Assembly: GCA_963725645.1 (NCBI GenBank)
Contig: CAVRZD010000002.1
Location: 145,510-209,509, forward strand
Length of the DNA stretch: 64,000 nucleotides
Direction of reading: 5' to 3'
Source: an uncultured Actinomycetes bacterium
GTDB taxonomy: Bacteria > Actinomycetota > Thermoleophilia > Solirubrobacterales > Solirubrobacteraceae
The notes beneath the pieces were generated by a model, which had not been told where the DNA came from, did no database searches, and saw only the letters and a list, made by a program, of their open reading frames with translations. The stretch's first letter is position 1; every line of letters begins with the position of its first letter. Positions 40,941 through 51,169 of the stretch are shown one piece after another. Position numbers and translations under genes: made by a program.

Positions 40941-42184
40941 AGCCGCACCACGCTCGGGGCCTCGATCCCGCGGGTGACGCCGCGGAGGTCCACCACCAGC
41001 GGCGCCTCGTGCACCACGCGTTCGAGATCGAGGTCGGGATGGGCCGTGACGATGACCGCGAGGTCGGCGCCCTCCAGCGCCTGATCGAACTCGACGCTGC
41101 GCAGGTCGAACTGCGGCAGGTCGTGCACGTGCGGGTCGTGGTAGACGACCTCCCCGCCGTGCTCCCGCAGCAGCTCGAGGATCTTCAGCGCCGGCGACTC
41201 GCGGGTGTCGCCCACGCCGGGCTTGTACGCCACGCCCAGGAGCGCGATACGGGACCCGTGCACGGGCTTGGCGGCATCGTTGAGGGCTCGCACGATGCGC
41301 TCGAAGCACACGTAGGGCATCGCCTGGTTCATCTTGCCCGCCAGCTCGACGAACTCGGGGACGAAGTCGTACTCGCGGGCACGCCAGGTCAGGTAGAACG
41401 GGTCCACGGGCAGGCAGTGCCCGCCCATGCCCGGGCCGGGATCGAAGCGCATGAAGCCGAACGGCTTGGTGGCCGCGGCGTCGATGACCTCCCACACGTC
41501 GATCCCCATGCGGTCCGCGAGCACGGCGAGCTCGTTCACCAGGGCGATGTTCACCGAGCGGAAGATGTTCTCGAGCAGCTTCGAGAGCTCGGCCGCCTCG
41601 GGAGTGGAGACCCGCACCACCTCGTCGCAGACGTTGCGGTACAGCGCCTCGGCGCGGTCGCCGCAGGCCTCGGTCAGGCCACCGACCACCTTCGGAGTCG
41701 AGCGGATCGTGTGGTCGGTGCGGCCGGGGTCCACGCGCTCAGGCGAGAACGCCAGGTGGAAGTCGCGGCCGGCCACGAGGCCGGGCTCCTCGAGGATCGG
41801 GGCCAGGCGCTCGCGCGTGGTGCCCGGATACGTGGTCGACTCCAGCACGACGAGCTGGTCGCGCACCAGGACCTTGGCAAGGGCCGAGGCCGCGTCGACG
41901 AGCGGCCCGAGCTCCGGCTCGCGGTTGGCGTTCAGGGGCGTGGGGACGCACACGAGGATCGCCTCGGCGCGGTCGAGTTCGGTGTAGGCGGTGGTGGCCA
42001 CGAGCCGGTCCTCCACCCCGCGCAGGCGCTTGGACGGCACGTCCTCCACGTGGGAGGAGCCCCGGTTGACGGCCGCGACCCGCTGCTGATCGACGTCGAC
42101 GCCGATCACCTCGTGGCCGGCCTCGGCGAACGCGACGGCGAGCGGCAGGCCGACGTAGCCCAGCCCGACGATCCCGATGGTCAT
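40937..42184 (-). CDS. UDP-glucose/GDP-mannose dehydrogenase-family nucleotide-sugar dehydrogenase
   Basis: MTIGIVGLGYVGLPLAVAFAEAGHEVIGVD. The catalytic Cys context is GPGMGGHCLPVDP. 415 aa. Confidence 0.9.
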   Translation of the reverse strand: MTIGIVGLGYVGLPLAVAFAEAGHEVIGVDVDQQRVAAVNRGSSHVEDVPSKRLRGVEDRLVATTAYTELDRAEAILVCVPTPLNANREPELGPLVDAASALAKVLVRDQLVVLESTTYPGTTRERLAPILEEPGLVAGRDFHLAFSPERVDPGRTDHTIRSTPKVVGGLTEACGDRAEALYRNVCDEVVRVSTPEAAELSKLLENIFRSVNIALVNELAVLADRMGIDVWEVIDAAATKPFGFMRFDPGPGMGGHCLPVDPFYLTWRAREYDFVPEFVELAGKMNQAMPYVCFERIVRALNDAAKPVHGSRIALLGVAYKPGVGDTRESPALKILELLREHGGEVVYHDPHVHDLPQFDLRSVEFDQALEGADLAVIVTAHPDLDLERVVHEAPLVVDLRGVTRGIEAPSVVRL

Positions 42185-42196
42185 GACGCGGGCAGT

Positions 42197-43282
42197 CTAG
42201 GAGGTTGGTTGCACGCGACTCCGTGCGAGCGCCTCGGCCACGCGCTCGCCGGCGTGGCCGTCACCGTAGAGCGGCGGGTGCGCGGCGGGCGCGGGGCGCT
42301 GCAGCGCCGCGCGGACCGCGTCCGCGTCGAGGTCGGTCAGCACGTTCCAGCCCGCCTCGACGGTCTCGACCCACTCGGTGGTGTCGCGCAGCGTCACGCA
42401 TGGAACCTCGGCCAGGTAGGCCTCCTTCTGCACCCCGCCCGAGTCGGTCAGGACCGCCCGGGCGTGCGCGAGCAGCGCCGTGAACTCCAGGTAGCCGAGC
42501 GGCGGCGCCAGGCGCACCGGCGAGCCCGGCGCGGTGAGCCCGGCGAGCAGGTCCGCCGCCTCCAGACGCGCGCGGGTGCGCGGGTGGAGCGGCAGCACGA
42601 CCTGCAGCGGCATCCCCTCGAACAGCGCGACCAGCGTCCGCAGGCGGTCGGGGTCGTCGACCGTCCCGGCCCGGTGGGCCGTCGCGAGCAGGTACTCGCC
42701 GGGCGCGACACCGTGCGTCTCGAGCACGTCGAGGCGCTCGCGCGCGCGGGGAGCGAACAGGCGCGCCACGTCCACCATGACGTCGCCCACCAGCTCCACG
42801 CGCCCCGCGGCGTGCTCGCGCGCCAGGTTGTCGACGGCGGTCTGCGACGGGCACAGCAGCAGCGCGCTGAGGTGGTCGGTCAGGACGCGGTTGACCTCCT
42901 CGGGCATCGCGCGGTCGAACGAGCGCATGCCCGCCTCCACGTGCGCCACGGGCAGGCCGCGCTGCGCCGCGGCCAGCGCGCCGGCGAGCGTCGAGTTCGT
43001 GTCGCCGTAGACGAGGGCGAGGTCGGGCGCCACCTCGGCGATGACCGGCTCGAGCGCGTCCATCATGCGGGAGGTCTGCGACGTGTTGGAGCCGCCCGAG
43101 ATCCCGAGCTCGCGATCGGGCGGCGGCACGCCGAGCTCGCGGACGAAGACGGCCGCCAGCTCGTCGTCGTGGTGCTGGCCCGTGTGCACGAGCACCTCGT
43201 CGTGGCGCTCGCGCAGCGGACCGGACACCGCGGCCGCCTTGACGAACTGGGGGCGGTTGCCGATGACGGTTAGGATCCTCAT
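42197..43282 (-). CDS. wecB: UDP-N-acetylglucosamine 2-epimerase (non-hydrolysing)
   Basis: MRILTVIGNRPQFVK, HTGQHHD, VYGDTNSTLAGALAA, HVEAGMRSFD and PEEVNR. The ORF is open to a GTG at 43300. Confidence 0.85.
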   Translation of the reverse strand: MRILTVIGNRPQFVKAAAVSGPLRERHDEVLVHTGQHHDDELAAVFVRELGVPPPDRELGISGGSNTSQTSRMMDALEPVIAEVAPDLALVYGDTNSTLAGALAAAQRGLPVAHVEAGMRSFDRAMPEEVNRVLTDHLSALLLCPSQTAVDNLAREHAAGRVELVGDVMVDVARLFAPRARERLDVLETHGVAPGEYLLATAHRAGTVDDPDRLRTLVALFEGMPLQVVLPLHPRTRARLEAADLLAGLTAPGSPVRLAPPLGYLEFTALLAHARAVLTDSGGVQKEAYLAEVPCVTLRDTTEWVETVEAGWNVLTDLDADAVRAALQRPAPAAHPPLYGDGHAGERVAEALARSRVQPTS

Positions 43283-43377
43283 GGGTTTGATCCGCAGCAC
43301 CGTACAGGCCGCCCGCCACCTGCTCTGGTACGTCGGTTACCAGATCGGCGCAAGCCGCCCGCGGGGGGACTAGCGAC

Positions 43378-44169
43378 TCATCCCGCGGCCAGCTCGGCCT
43401 CGACGCACTCTCGAAACGCCTCGGCCGCGGCCAGCGTGAGGGGGCGGGTGCCGGGAAGCTCGCGGTCGTCGATCACCGTCACCGCCTGCACCTCGCGCAC
43501 CGTGGACGCAAGGAACGCCTCGTCGGCTGCGGCCAGGTCGTCGCCCGTGCAGGGCGCCTCCTCCACGCCGGCGACCTCCATCAGCCGCGTACGGGTGATC
43601 GAGGCCAGGATGTGCTCGTCGAGCGGCGGGGTCAGCAGGCGCCCGCCGCTCGCCCAGAAGAACGTCGAGGTCGACGCCTCCAGGACGCGGCCGTGCGGCG
43701 TGACGAGCAGCGCCTCGTCGAATCCGCGCTCGCGCGCGAGGCGGGTGGCGAGCATGTTGGCGGCGTAGGAGAGCGACTTGACGCCGTCGAGCACGCGCGT
43801 GGGTGCATAGGTGACGCTGCCGAGGCGCACGCCCGGCGGGTGCTCGGGCAGCGGCTCCAGCAGGGCGAGGCGGTGCCCGCCGCGGGTGACGACGAGGCGC
43901 AGGAGCGCGTCGCCCGGCGCGGCCGCCTCCAGCAGCGCCAGCGCGTCGGTGCGCACCGCCCCGGCGTCGAAGGGCAGGCGCAGGTTGGTCGCCGAGTGCT
44001 CCATCCGGACGAGGTGATCGTCGAGCGCATACGGTCGTCCGCCGTACACGCGCATGACCTCGAACACCCCGTCCCCACGCAGCAGGCCCTCGTCGGTGAC
44101 GGGGATCCGCGCCTCAACGACGGGGAGCACGGTGCCGTCGAGGCTGGCGAGGTCGCTCATCGGCGACAC
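43378..44169 (-). CDS. class IV aminotransferase (BCAT / ADC-lyase family)
   Basis: DEGLLRGDGVFEVMRVYGG. The Lys context is GVKSLSYAANMLA. Also EALLVTPHGRVLEASTSTFF. Confidence 0.8.
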   Translation of the reverse strand: MSPMSDLASLDGTVLPVVEARIPVTDEGLLRGDGVFEVMRVYGGRPYALDDHLVRMEHSATNLRLPFDAGAVRTDALALLEAAAPGDALLRLVVTRGGHRLALLEPLPEHPPGVRLGSVTYAPTRVLDGVKSLSYAANMLATRLARERGFDEALLVTPHGRVLEASTSTFFWASGGRLLTPPLDEHILASITRTRLMEVAGVEEAPCTGDDLAAADEAFLASTVREVQAVTVIDDRELPGTRPLTLAAAEAFRECVEAELAAG

Positions 44170-44170
44170 G

Positions 44171-44812
44171 CTACAGCGCGGCTAGGCCCTTGACGATCAG
44201 CCAGGCGCCGAACGCGAACCCGAGGATCACGGGGATCGCGCGCCGGTGCTCGGTCATGAACGCGCCGAGGGAGGCGAGCAGGCGGCGCGACGGCCCCGGC
44301 GCGACCGCGACCAGCGCCACCGGGAGCGCCGCGGGCGCGAGCGTGATCAGCAACACGATCACGTGGGCGAGCGCCCGGTCGGCGTCGGACACGTGGCTCG
44401 TCGCGATCAGCTTCATCGCGGGGATGTACAGGGCCAGCGTGGTGACGTTGACGAGCATCGCGCCGCAGCCCAGCGCGAACGAGCGCGCGGGTCCGGCGGG
44501 ACGTTTCGACTCCTCCTCCGCCTTCGGATCTGAGGCCGGCCTGACCAGTCCGCGCACGCCGACGAGGAGCAGGACGCCGCCGAGCGCGAGGTCCACGACG
44601 GCCTTGGTCGAGCTCGACGTGTGCAGCTTTCCACTGATCGCGAACGCGAACGCACCGAGCAGGACGAGCGGCACCGCCGCGCCGGCAGTCAGCGCAAGGC
44701 CGCGGACCAGCGGCCGCTCGCCACTCAGCGTGGTCAGGGTGAGGAGGAAGAGGACCGGGCTGATCGCCGCGCCGAGCGCGAGCGGGATGACCTGTGAGAG
44801 GAGCGTGCCCAT
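44171..44812 (-). CDS. GAP-family (Sap-like) membrane protein
   Basis: Six-helix protein. The N-terminus IPLALGAAISPVLFLLTLTTLSG is typical of the GAP/DUF2910 family (from memory). Confidence 0.55.
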   Translation of the reverse strand: MGTLLSQVIPLALGAAISPVLFLLTLTTLSGERPLVRGLALTAGAAVPLVLLGAFAFAISGKLHTSSSTKAVVDLALGGVLLLVGVRGLVRPASDPKAEEESKRPAGPARSFALGCGAMLVNVTTLALYIPAMKLIATSHVSDADRALAHVIVLLITLAPAALPVALVAVAPGPSRRLLASLGAFMTEHRRAIPVILGFAFGAWLIVKGLAAL

Positions 44813-44938
44813 GGTCGAGCCCCGCGGACACTAATGCGGATGCAGGCGCTCGCCGGGACGGCCGCGGAATCGGCGGCCTAGGATCTGATGGAGCCAGCGC
44901 CGTGACGCATCTCCGACATCCACGACCGAGGAGCAGCC

Positions 44939-45412
<474 letters not shown>

Positions 45413-45440
45413 GGAGGCGGGCAATTCTACCGGCGACCGG

Positions 45441-46133
45441 CTACTGGCCGGTCGCCGATTGGACGGGCGCCTGGGTCCCGCCCTGCGTGCTCTGCGGCTT
45501 CTTGGCCTGCTCCAGCAGCAGCTTCGTCTGGGTCTTGCGTGCGGCCGGCGTCAGCGACAGGGTCTTGGCCGCGGCGAGGTCGCCGGTGCGCTTGTCGCCG
45601 GCGGCGTAGGCGAAGACCGCGAGCGTGTAGAACGTCTGCGCGCTCGGGCGCACCGCCGTCACGATCTGCGCCGCCTTCACCCCCTTGGCTGGCTGGTTGA
45701 GCGCGTTGGGCGAGTACACCTGCACCATCAGCGAGGCGAGCGCGTCGTCCGGCTTGCGCGGGCTGAGCGCGAGGTAGTGCTCCCAGGCGGTCGCCGACTG
45801 CTGCAGCTGGTTCTTGCCCTTGTCCGTGAACTGGCTCGTCTGCTGGTCGTAGCTGTCGCCCTGTCCCGCCTGCTGGAAGCGCGCGCGCGCGAGGACCGCC
45901 CATGCGGCCGCGTCGTTCGGGTTGACCTTCAGCGTCTTCTGGGCCTGGCTGACCTGCTTGGAGAAGGTGTCGTTGCCGCCGCCGCCGCCGCTCTTGAACG
46001 CGTCGAACAGGCCGCCCGACGTGTTGCCGCCGATGCCGAAGAAGATCAGGCCGCCGCCCATCAGGATCGCCAGCGTCACGTAGATGGCCTGGATGGTGCG
46101 GCGCCGGCCGCGGCCTCTGAGGTCGAAGAGCAT
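45441..46133 (-). CDS. membrane-anchored hypothetical protein (helical-repeat ectodomain), co-directional with tatC
   Basis: It has an N-terminal Arg-rich segment plus a TM helix (IQAIYVTLAILMGGGLIFFGI). A Gln/Ala/Lys-rich domain follows. The start is 7 nt after the tatC stop. Confidence 0.55.
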   Translation of the reverse strand: MLFDLRGRGRRRTIQAIYVTLAILMGGGLIFFGIGGNTSGGLFDAFKSGGGGGNDTFSKQVSQAQKTLKVNPNDAAAWAVLARARFQQAGQGDSYDQQTSQFTDKGKNQLQQSATAWEHYLALSPRKPDDALASLMVQVYSPNALNQPAKGVKAAQIVTAVRPSAQTFYTLAVFAYAAGDKRTGDLAAAKTLSLTPAARKTQTKLLLEQAKKPQSTQGGTQAPVQSATGQ

Positions 46134-46139
46134 TCAGAA

Positions 46140-47129
46140 TCAGTCGGTCTCGTCGAGCGCCTGCGCCTCGCGCTCCGCGGTGCGGCGGTCGAAGCGCTCG
46201 ACCCACATCGCCAGCAGGATACTCAGGCCGTAGAGCACAAGCATCGGGATCATCTCGATCATCGTGGTGACCGGGTCGGTGCCCGGCAGGAGCACGGCGA
46301 TCACGGCAATGATCACGGTCGCGTAGCGCCAGTTGCGGCGCAGCTGGCGCGGGGTCACGACGCCGAGACGGGTCAGGGCCAGCACCCCGACGGGCATCTG
46401 GAACAGCACGCCCATGATGATGAGCGTGAGGATGCTGAACGAGTACAGGCTCTTGGCCTGCACGAGGACGTCGAACTCGTCGCTGTTGAAGTTCTGGAGG
46501 AAGCCGATCGCCGCCGGGAGCACGAGGAAGTAGGCGAACACGACCCCGGCCAGGAACAGGACCGGCACCATCGCCATCAGCGGCAGCGCAACCCGCCGCT
46601 CGTGCGGGCTGAACGCCGGTAACACGAACGCGTAGGCCTGGTAGAGGATCAGCGGCAGGGCGAACAGAAGCGCGAAGTAGAGGGACACGGTCAGCGTCTG
46701 CCCGAAGGGCTCGCCGAGGCCGAGGGTCACGGGCTGGCGCCCGGTGACCTCCTTCGGCGCCGCCTTCAGCGCCGACCCGGAGGCCTGCGCCGCGGACAGC
46801 AGCGCGGCGCGCTCGGCCGGGCTCAGCTCGGCCTTGCTCCGCGACAGGAGCGTGAACGCCTGCTGGCTCCGTCTCAGGGCCTCGCGCTGCTTGAGGTCGT
46901 AGCGCGCCTGCGCACCCAGCGGACCCTTCGCGTTCTGGGCGGCGGACTTCGTGCTCTCCTTCAGCGGCTCGTTGAGGATCCGCAGCAGCGCGTGGTTCTG
47001 CCACAGCGCGACGGCGAACGTCGCGCACAGCACCAGCACGCAGATGATGAGCCGCGTGCGCAGCTCGTCGAGATGCTCGACGAGCGAGAGGCGGTCCTCG
47101 TGGCCGATCGGCCGGATCGCGGTGGCCAT
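46140..47129 (-). CDS. tatC: twin-arginine translocase subunit TatC (with enlarged first extracytoplasmic loop)
   Basis: LVEHLDELRTRLI, GEPF...SLYFALLFALPLILYQAYAFVLPA and LPGTDP. 329 aa versus about 250 typical. Confidence 0.9.
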   Translation of the reverse strand: MATAIRPIGHEDRLSLVEHLDELRTRLIICVLVLCATFAVALWQNHALLRILNEPLKESTKSAAQNAKGPLGAQARYDLKQREALRRSQQAFTLLSRSKAELSPAERAALLSAAQASGSALKAAPKEVTGRQPVTLGLGEPFGQTLTVSLYFALLFALPLILYQAYAFVLPAFSPHERRVALPLMAMVPVLFLAGVVFAYFLVLPAAIGFLQNFNSDEFDVLVQAKSLYSFSILTLIIMGVLFQMPVGVLALTRLGVVTPRQLRRNWRYATVIIAVIAVLLPGTDPVTTMIEMIPMLVLYGLSILLAMWVERFDRRTAEREAQALDETD

Positions 47130-47147
47130 CGCGCGTCGGCGGACCGG

Positions 47148-47420
47148 CTAGCTGCGGCGCTCGCCGGAGACCTGTTCCTCCGCAGCGTCGGCCTCGCCGT
47201 CCTTGGCCGCCACCGGCTTCGTGGTGGGCTCGATCCCCTCGGGCTCGGCGGCCTCGTCGTCCTGCTCCGCGTCACCGCCCTTTCCGGCGATGGAGTCCTT
47301 GAACTCCCGCATCCCCGATCCGAGCGAGCGGCCCAGGCCGGGCAGGCGCTTCGGGCCGAAGATGACCAGGACGATGACGAGGACGATGATCAGCTCGAGT
47401 GGGCCGATGCCGAACGGCAT
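47148..47420 (-). CDS. tatA: twin-arginine translocase subunit TatA/E
   Basis: [43 protein letters not shown] with an acidic tail. Confidence 0.93.
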   Translation of the reverse strand: MPFGIGPLELIIVLVIVLVIFGPKRLPGLGRSLGSGMREFKDSIAGKGGDAEQDDEAAEPEGIEPTTKPVAAKDGEADAAEEQVSGERRS

Positions 47421-47554
47421 GACGGCGACCTCCGACTAGGGGACGACAAGGGTATCGCCTCGCACTTTGCGGACGAATGCGTCAGACGGATCACTGGAGG
47501 GGTCAAGTTCCTCAGGCGTCAGGCCGATACCGGGACCAGTCGAGGGTGTATCGC

Positions 47555-47968
47555 ATGAGTCCCAGGCCAGAACAACCCCACGCAGTCCGTCGCGTCGTCC
47601 TCCCGAGCGGCAAGACCATCGAGGTCGTCTACTTCGCCGACTCCGAGGCCGACGGCCAGCTCGAGACCACCCCGGGCACCCACCTCCACGTCTGCCCGGA
47701 GTGCTCGTCGACGCTCGTCTATCCCACCGCGTGGGAGGAGGCGGGCGAGGAGCGCTGGGAGCTGCTGCTGCGCTGCCCGAACTGTGAGTGGGACGGCACC
47801 GGGACCTTCGACCGCGAGACGGTCGAGGCCCTCGACGAAGAGCTCGATCGCGGAACGCACGCGCTGCTGACGGACCTCAAGCAGCTCATGCACGCGAACA
47901 TGGAAGACCAGATCGAGCGCTTCATCGCCGCGCTGCACGCCGGCGCGATCCTCCCGATGGATTTCTAG
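47555..47968 (+). CDS. hypothetical zinc-ribbon protein
   Basis: ATG at 47555 (the ORF is open from 47477). It has a CPEC...CPNC pair, then a helical C-terminus. Confidence 0.5.
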   Translation: MSPRPEQPHAVRRVVLPSGKTIEVVYFADSEADGQLETTPGTHLHVCPECSSTLVYPTAWEEAGEERWELLLRCPNCEWDGTGTFDRETVEALDEELDRGTHALLTDLKQLMHANMEDQIERFIAALHAGAILPMDF

Positions 47969-47969
47969 G

Positions 47970-48944
47970 CTAGGCGTAGCGCTCGACGACGCCGTCGGCC
48001 ACGAGGTCGAGCGCGGTGCGCTGACGCGCCGGCAGCTCCGGGAGCTCGCGCTTGGCCTCGGCCACGATCGCGAGCGCACGCCGCTTGGCCTCCTCCAGCG
48101 CCGTGGTGGCGCCGATCCGGTCGCAGACCTCGGCTGCCCGCTCCGGCGTGGCGATGTCGCGAACGTCGAGCGCGGCCAGCTCCGGGTCGTGCTCCCGGGC
48201 GAGGATCAGCGGCAGCGTGACGGTGCCGTCGAGCAGGTCGGTGCCGCGGGCCTTGCCGGTGCGCTCCACCGGGCCGGACACGTCGAGCACGTCGTCGAGC
48301 AACTGGAAGGCCAGGCCGATGCGGCGACCGAATGCCGCGAGCGCCTCCACACGGTCGGCCGGCGCACCGGCCTCGAGCGCCCCCAGGCGGCAGGCCGCCT
48401 CGAACAGGCGCGCGGTCTTGTACTCGCAGCGCTCCAGATAGCGCTCGACGCTCACGCCGGCGTCGAAGGCGTCGGCGCGCTGCAGCAGCTCGCCCAGCGC
48501 CAGTGCGGAGCTGGCGTCCGAGAGCACGCGCACCTCGTCGGCGCGGCCGTTGGCGCGCAGCTCGGCGAACGCGCGCGAGAACAGCAGGTCGCCCGTCGCC
48601 GTCGCGATCCCGCGCCCGGCCGTCGCCACCACGGTCGGGCGCCCACGGCGCAGCTCGGCTGCGTCGAGCACGTCGTCGTGGACGAGCGTCGCGCTGTGCA
48701 GCAACTCGACCGCCACCGCGACCCGCAGCACGCCCGCGTCCGCCGCCTCGCCCGCCGCCACGAACACCAGCAGCGGACGCAGGCGCTTGCCGCCGGCCGC
48801 GATCGTGGCGCCTCCGTGGCGCGCCAGCACCGCGCCGTGGCCGGCGGCCAGGTCGGCGAGGCGCTGGTCGAGCGCCTCCATCAGCGGCGGGATGTGCGTG
48901 CCGCCGGCGGCGACGACCGCCTCGACGGTGGGAGCGACGGCCAT
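47970..48944 (-). CDS. polyprenyl diphosphate synthase (trans-IPPS, HepT/IspB-like)
   Basis: The ATG overlaps the upstream TGA (ATGA). FARM is LVHDDVLD and SARM is QLLDDVLD. GKRLRP is also present. Confidence 0.9.
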   Translation of the reverse strand: MAVAPTVEAVVAAGGTHIPPLMEALDQRLADLAAGHGAVLARHGGATIAAGGKRLRPLLVFVAAGEAADAGVLRVAVAVELLHSATLVHDDVLDAAELRRGRPTVVATAGRGIATATGDLLFSRAFAELRANGRADEVRVLSDASSALALGELLQRADAFDAGVSVERYLERCEYKTARLFEAACRLGALEAGAPADRVEALAAFGRRIGLAFQLLDDVLDVSGPVERTGKARGTDLLDGTVTLPLILAREHDPELAALDVRDIATPERAAEVCDRIGATTALEEAKRRALAIVAEAKRELPELPARQRTALDLVADGVVERYA

Positions 48945-49657
48945 CAGATGCCCTCGACCGTCCCGTGGTGGATCGCGATGATGCCGCCGGCGGTCAGGAT
49001 CCAGTGGATGTCGCGCAGGCCGACCTCGGCCATCGCCGCGCCCAGGCCCTCCGGGCCGGGGAAGCGCTTGACCGAGTTGGGCAGGTAGCTGTACGCGTCC
49101 TCGTCGCCCGCGACCCGGCCGAGGCCGGGCACGATCCGGTCGAACCAGAGGCCGTAGAACCACGACAGCGGCGGAGTCCGCGGCGTGGTGATCTCGAGTA
49201 CGACGACGCGGCCGCCGGGGCGCACGACGCGCGCCATCTCGGCCAGGCCGCGGTGCAGGTCGGCGAAGTTGCGCGCGCCGAACGCGACCGTGGCGGCGGC
49301 GAAGGCGCCGTCGGGGTGGTCGAGCGCGAGGGCGTCGCCCCACTCGAAGCGCACGTCCGCGCGGCCGGCGGCCTTCTGGCGCGCCCGCTGCAGCATCGCC
49401 TCCGCGAAGTCCGAGCCGACGACCTCGCCGCCCGGGGCGACCCGGCGCGCCAGCTCGAACGCGAGGTCGCCGGTCCCGGTGGCGACGTCGAGCACGCGGT
49501 CTCCGGGTCCGACCGCCGCGAGGTCCGCGGCGCGGGCGCGCCAGCGCCGGTCCAGCCCGGCCGTCATCACCGCGTTCATGCGGTCGTAGACGCCGGCGAT
49601 CCGGTCGAACATCGCACGGACCTGGCCCTCCTCGAGGGTGCCGGTCTGGCTGGCCAC
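48944..49657 (-). CDS. ubiE: demethylmenaquinone/ubiquinone C-methyltransferase (MenG/UbiE)
   Basis: VRAMFDRIAGVYDRMN, VLDVATGTGD, FGARN and YSYLPNSVKRFP. The GTG start at 49657 is in frame. Confidence 0.9.
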   Translation of the reverse strand: MASQTGTLEEGQVRAMFDRIAGVYDRMNAVMTAGLDRRWRARAADLAAVGPGDRVLDVATGTGDLAFELARRVAPGGEVVGSDFAEAMLQRARQKAAGRADVRFEWGDALALDHPDGAFAAATVAFGARNFADLHRGLAEMARVVRPGGRVVVLEITTPRTPPLSWFYGLWFDRIVPGLGRVAGDEDAYSYLPNSVKRFPGPEGLGAAMAEVGLRDIHWILTAGGIIAIHHGTVEGI

Positions 49658-49674
49658 GGGAACCCCGACGCGCG

Positions 49675-50376
49675 CTACTTCACCTGCGCGAGGAAGTTCA
49701 CGAGCGCGTTGAACTTCTCCGGCGGAAGGTTGCCGTACGGCGGCATCGGCGAGGTCGGGTTGCGCAGGGTCCGCGCGATCGCCTCCTTCGGCAGTCGGGC
49801 GCCGATCTTCGACAGGTTCGGGCCTGGACCGTCGTTGCCGTTCTCGCCGATCTTGTGGCATGCCAGGCAGCCCGACTGCGCGGCCACGAGCTTGCCCGCC
49901 TCGAACTGCTGGGGCACCTTCAGGTCGATCGAGTTCGGCGAGCCGGCGTTGGCGCCCAGGTAGGTGAGGTAGCCCATGGCGAAGATGGTCAGGATCCCGG
50001 CCGTGGTGGCGACCGGCCGGCGCTCCGGCCGCCGCTCCGGGCTGCGATCGTAGAACGGCAGCAGGAGCAGGAGGATCAGACACAGCGTCGGAATGCCGAT
50101 CGTGGCCAGCGGGGTCAGCTCGGCCGGCTTGACCACGCGCAGCAGCTCGAACAGGAAGAAGAAGTACCACTCCGGCCGCGGGACGTAGGTCGTCGTCGTC
50201 GGGTCCGCCTTCGGCCCCAGCTCGGCTCCGAGGACGATCGTCATGGCGATGATGACGGCCATGACGATGCACGCCATCGCCGCGTCCTTCGCCACCGCGT
50301 AGGGGAAGAACGGCTTCCCCTGCGCCTTCATGACCGAGTAGTCGCGGAGGTAGGCCTCCTTCTCGCGCTGGTTCAC
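49675..50376 (-). CDS. qcrC: menaquinol-cytochrome c reductase subunit IV fused to a mono-haem cytochrome c (Bacillus QcrC-type)
   Basis: PEWYFFFLFELLR is the cytochrome b C-terminal/subunit IV motif, with three TM helices. The C-terminal haem-binding motif is CLACH, with an MPPY Met ligand context. Confidence 0.85.
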   Translation of the reverse strand: MNQREKEAYLRDYSVMKAQGKPFFPYAVAKDAAMACIVMAVIIAMTIVLGAELGPKADPTTTTYVPRPEWYFFFLFELLRVVKPAELTPLATIGIPTLCLILLLLLPFYDRSPERRPERRPVATTAGILTIFAMGYLTYLGANAGSPNSIDLKVPQQFEAGKLVAAQSGCLACHKIGENGNDGPGPNLSKIGARLPKEAIARTLRNPTSPMPPYGNLPPEKFNALVNFLAQVK

Positions 50377-50377
50377 G

Positions 50378-51169
50378 TCAGACCTCGGCCTTTCGAAGGT
50401 CCTCGGGCGGCTCGACCTTCAGCCAGGGCGGCGCCGTCGTGCCGAGCTTGGCCACCAGCCAGAGGTGCGCGACGATCAGGGCGACCAGCGCCCCCGGCAC
50501 GAGCAGCATGTGGATCGAGTAGAAGCGCGACAGCGTCGTCGCGCCGAACTCTGGGCCGGCTCTGAGGAAGTCGGCGAGGTATGGGCCGATGAGCGGGCCC
50601 GTGCCGTTGATGTTGTCGGCCACGATCGTGGCCCAGTAGGAGCGCTGGTCGAACGGGAGCAGATAGCCGGTCAGCGCCATCACCATCGTCAGCACGAGCA
50701 GGACGACGCCGATCACCCAGTTCAGCTCCCGCGGGTACTTGTACGCGCCGAAGAAGAACGTCCTGCCCATGTGCAGGAAGATCAGGATCATCATCACGGT
50801 GGCGCCCCACTTGTGCATGCCGCGCACGAACTGGCCGAGGAACACGTCGTTGGTGATGTAGCGCGCGGACTCGTAGGCGTGGATCGGCGACGGGTCGTAG
50901 TACATCGCCAGGAACACGCCGGTGACCGCCTGCGAGAGGAAGGCGAACAGCGTCGCCGAGCCCAGCGTGTAGAACCAGTTTGTGCCCTTGGGCACCTTGC
51001 GGAACATCAACCAGCGCAGGCCGCCCGAGACGGACGTGCGCTCGTCGACCCAGTCGACGGCATGGATGCCGGCCTCGGCGGCGTGATGGTGCGGCTTCTT
51101 CTTCTCCTCGCCCTCGCCGGGCCGCTTGGGCTGCGGCTTCAGCGCGGAGGGGGCCGGGAGCTTGGGCAT
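50378..51169 (-). CDS. qcrB: cytochrome b6-type subunit of menaquinol-cytochrome c reductase
   Basis: WFYTLGSATLFAFLSQAVTGVFLAMYY, RGMHKWGATVMMILIFLHMGR, LPFDQRSYWA and RFYSIHMLLVP. The four haem His ligands are present. 263 aa, split-b6 length. Confidence 0.9.
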   Translation of the reverse strand: MPKLPAPSALKPQPKRPGEGEEKKKPHHHAAEAGIHAVDWVDERTSVSGGLRWLMFRKVPKGTNWFYTLGSATLFAFLSQAVTGVFLAMYYDPSPIHAYESARYITNDVFLGQFVRGMHKWGATVMMILIFLHMGRTFFFGAYKYPRELNWVIGVVLLVLTMVMALTGYLLPFDQRSYWATIVADNINGTGPLIGPYLADFLRAGPEFGATTLSRFYSIHMLLVPGALVALIVAHLWLVAKLGTTAPPWLKVEPPEDLRKAEV

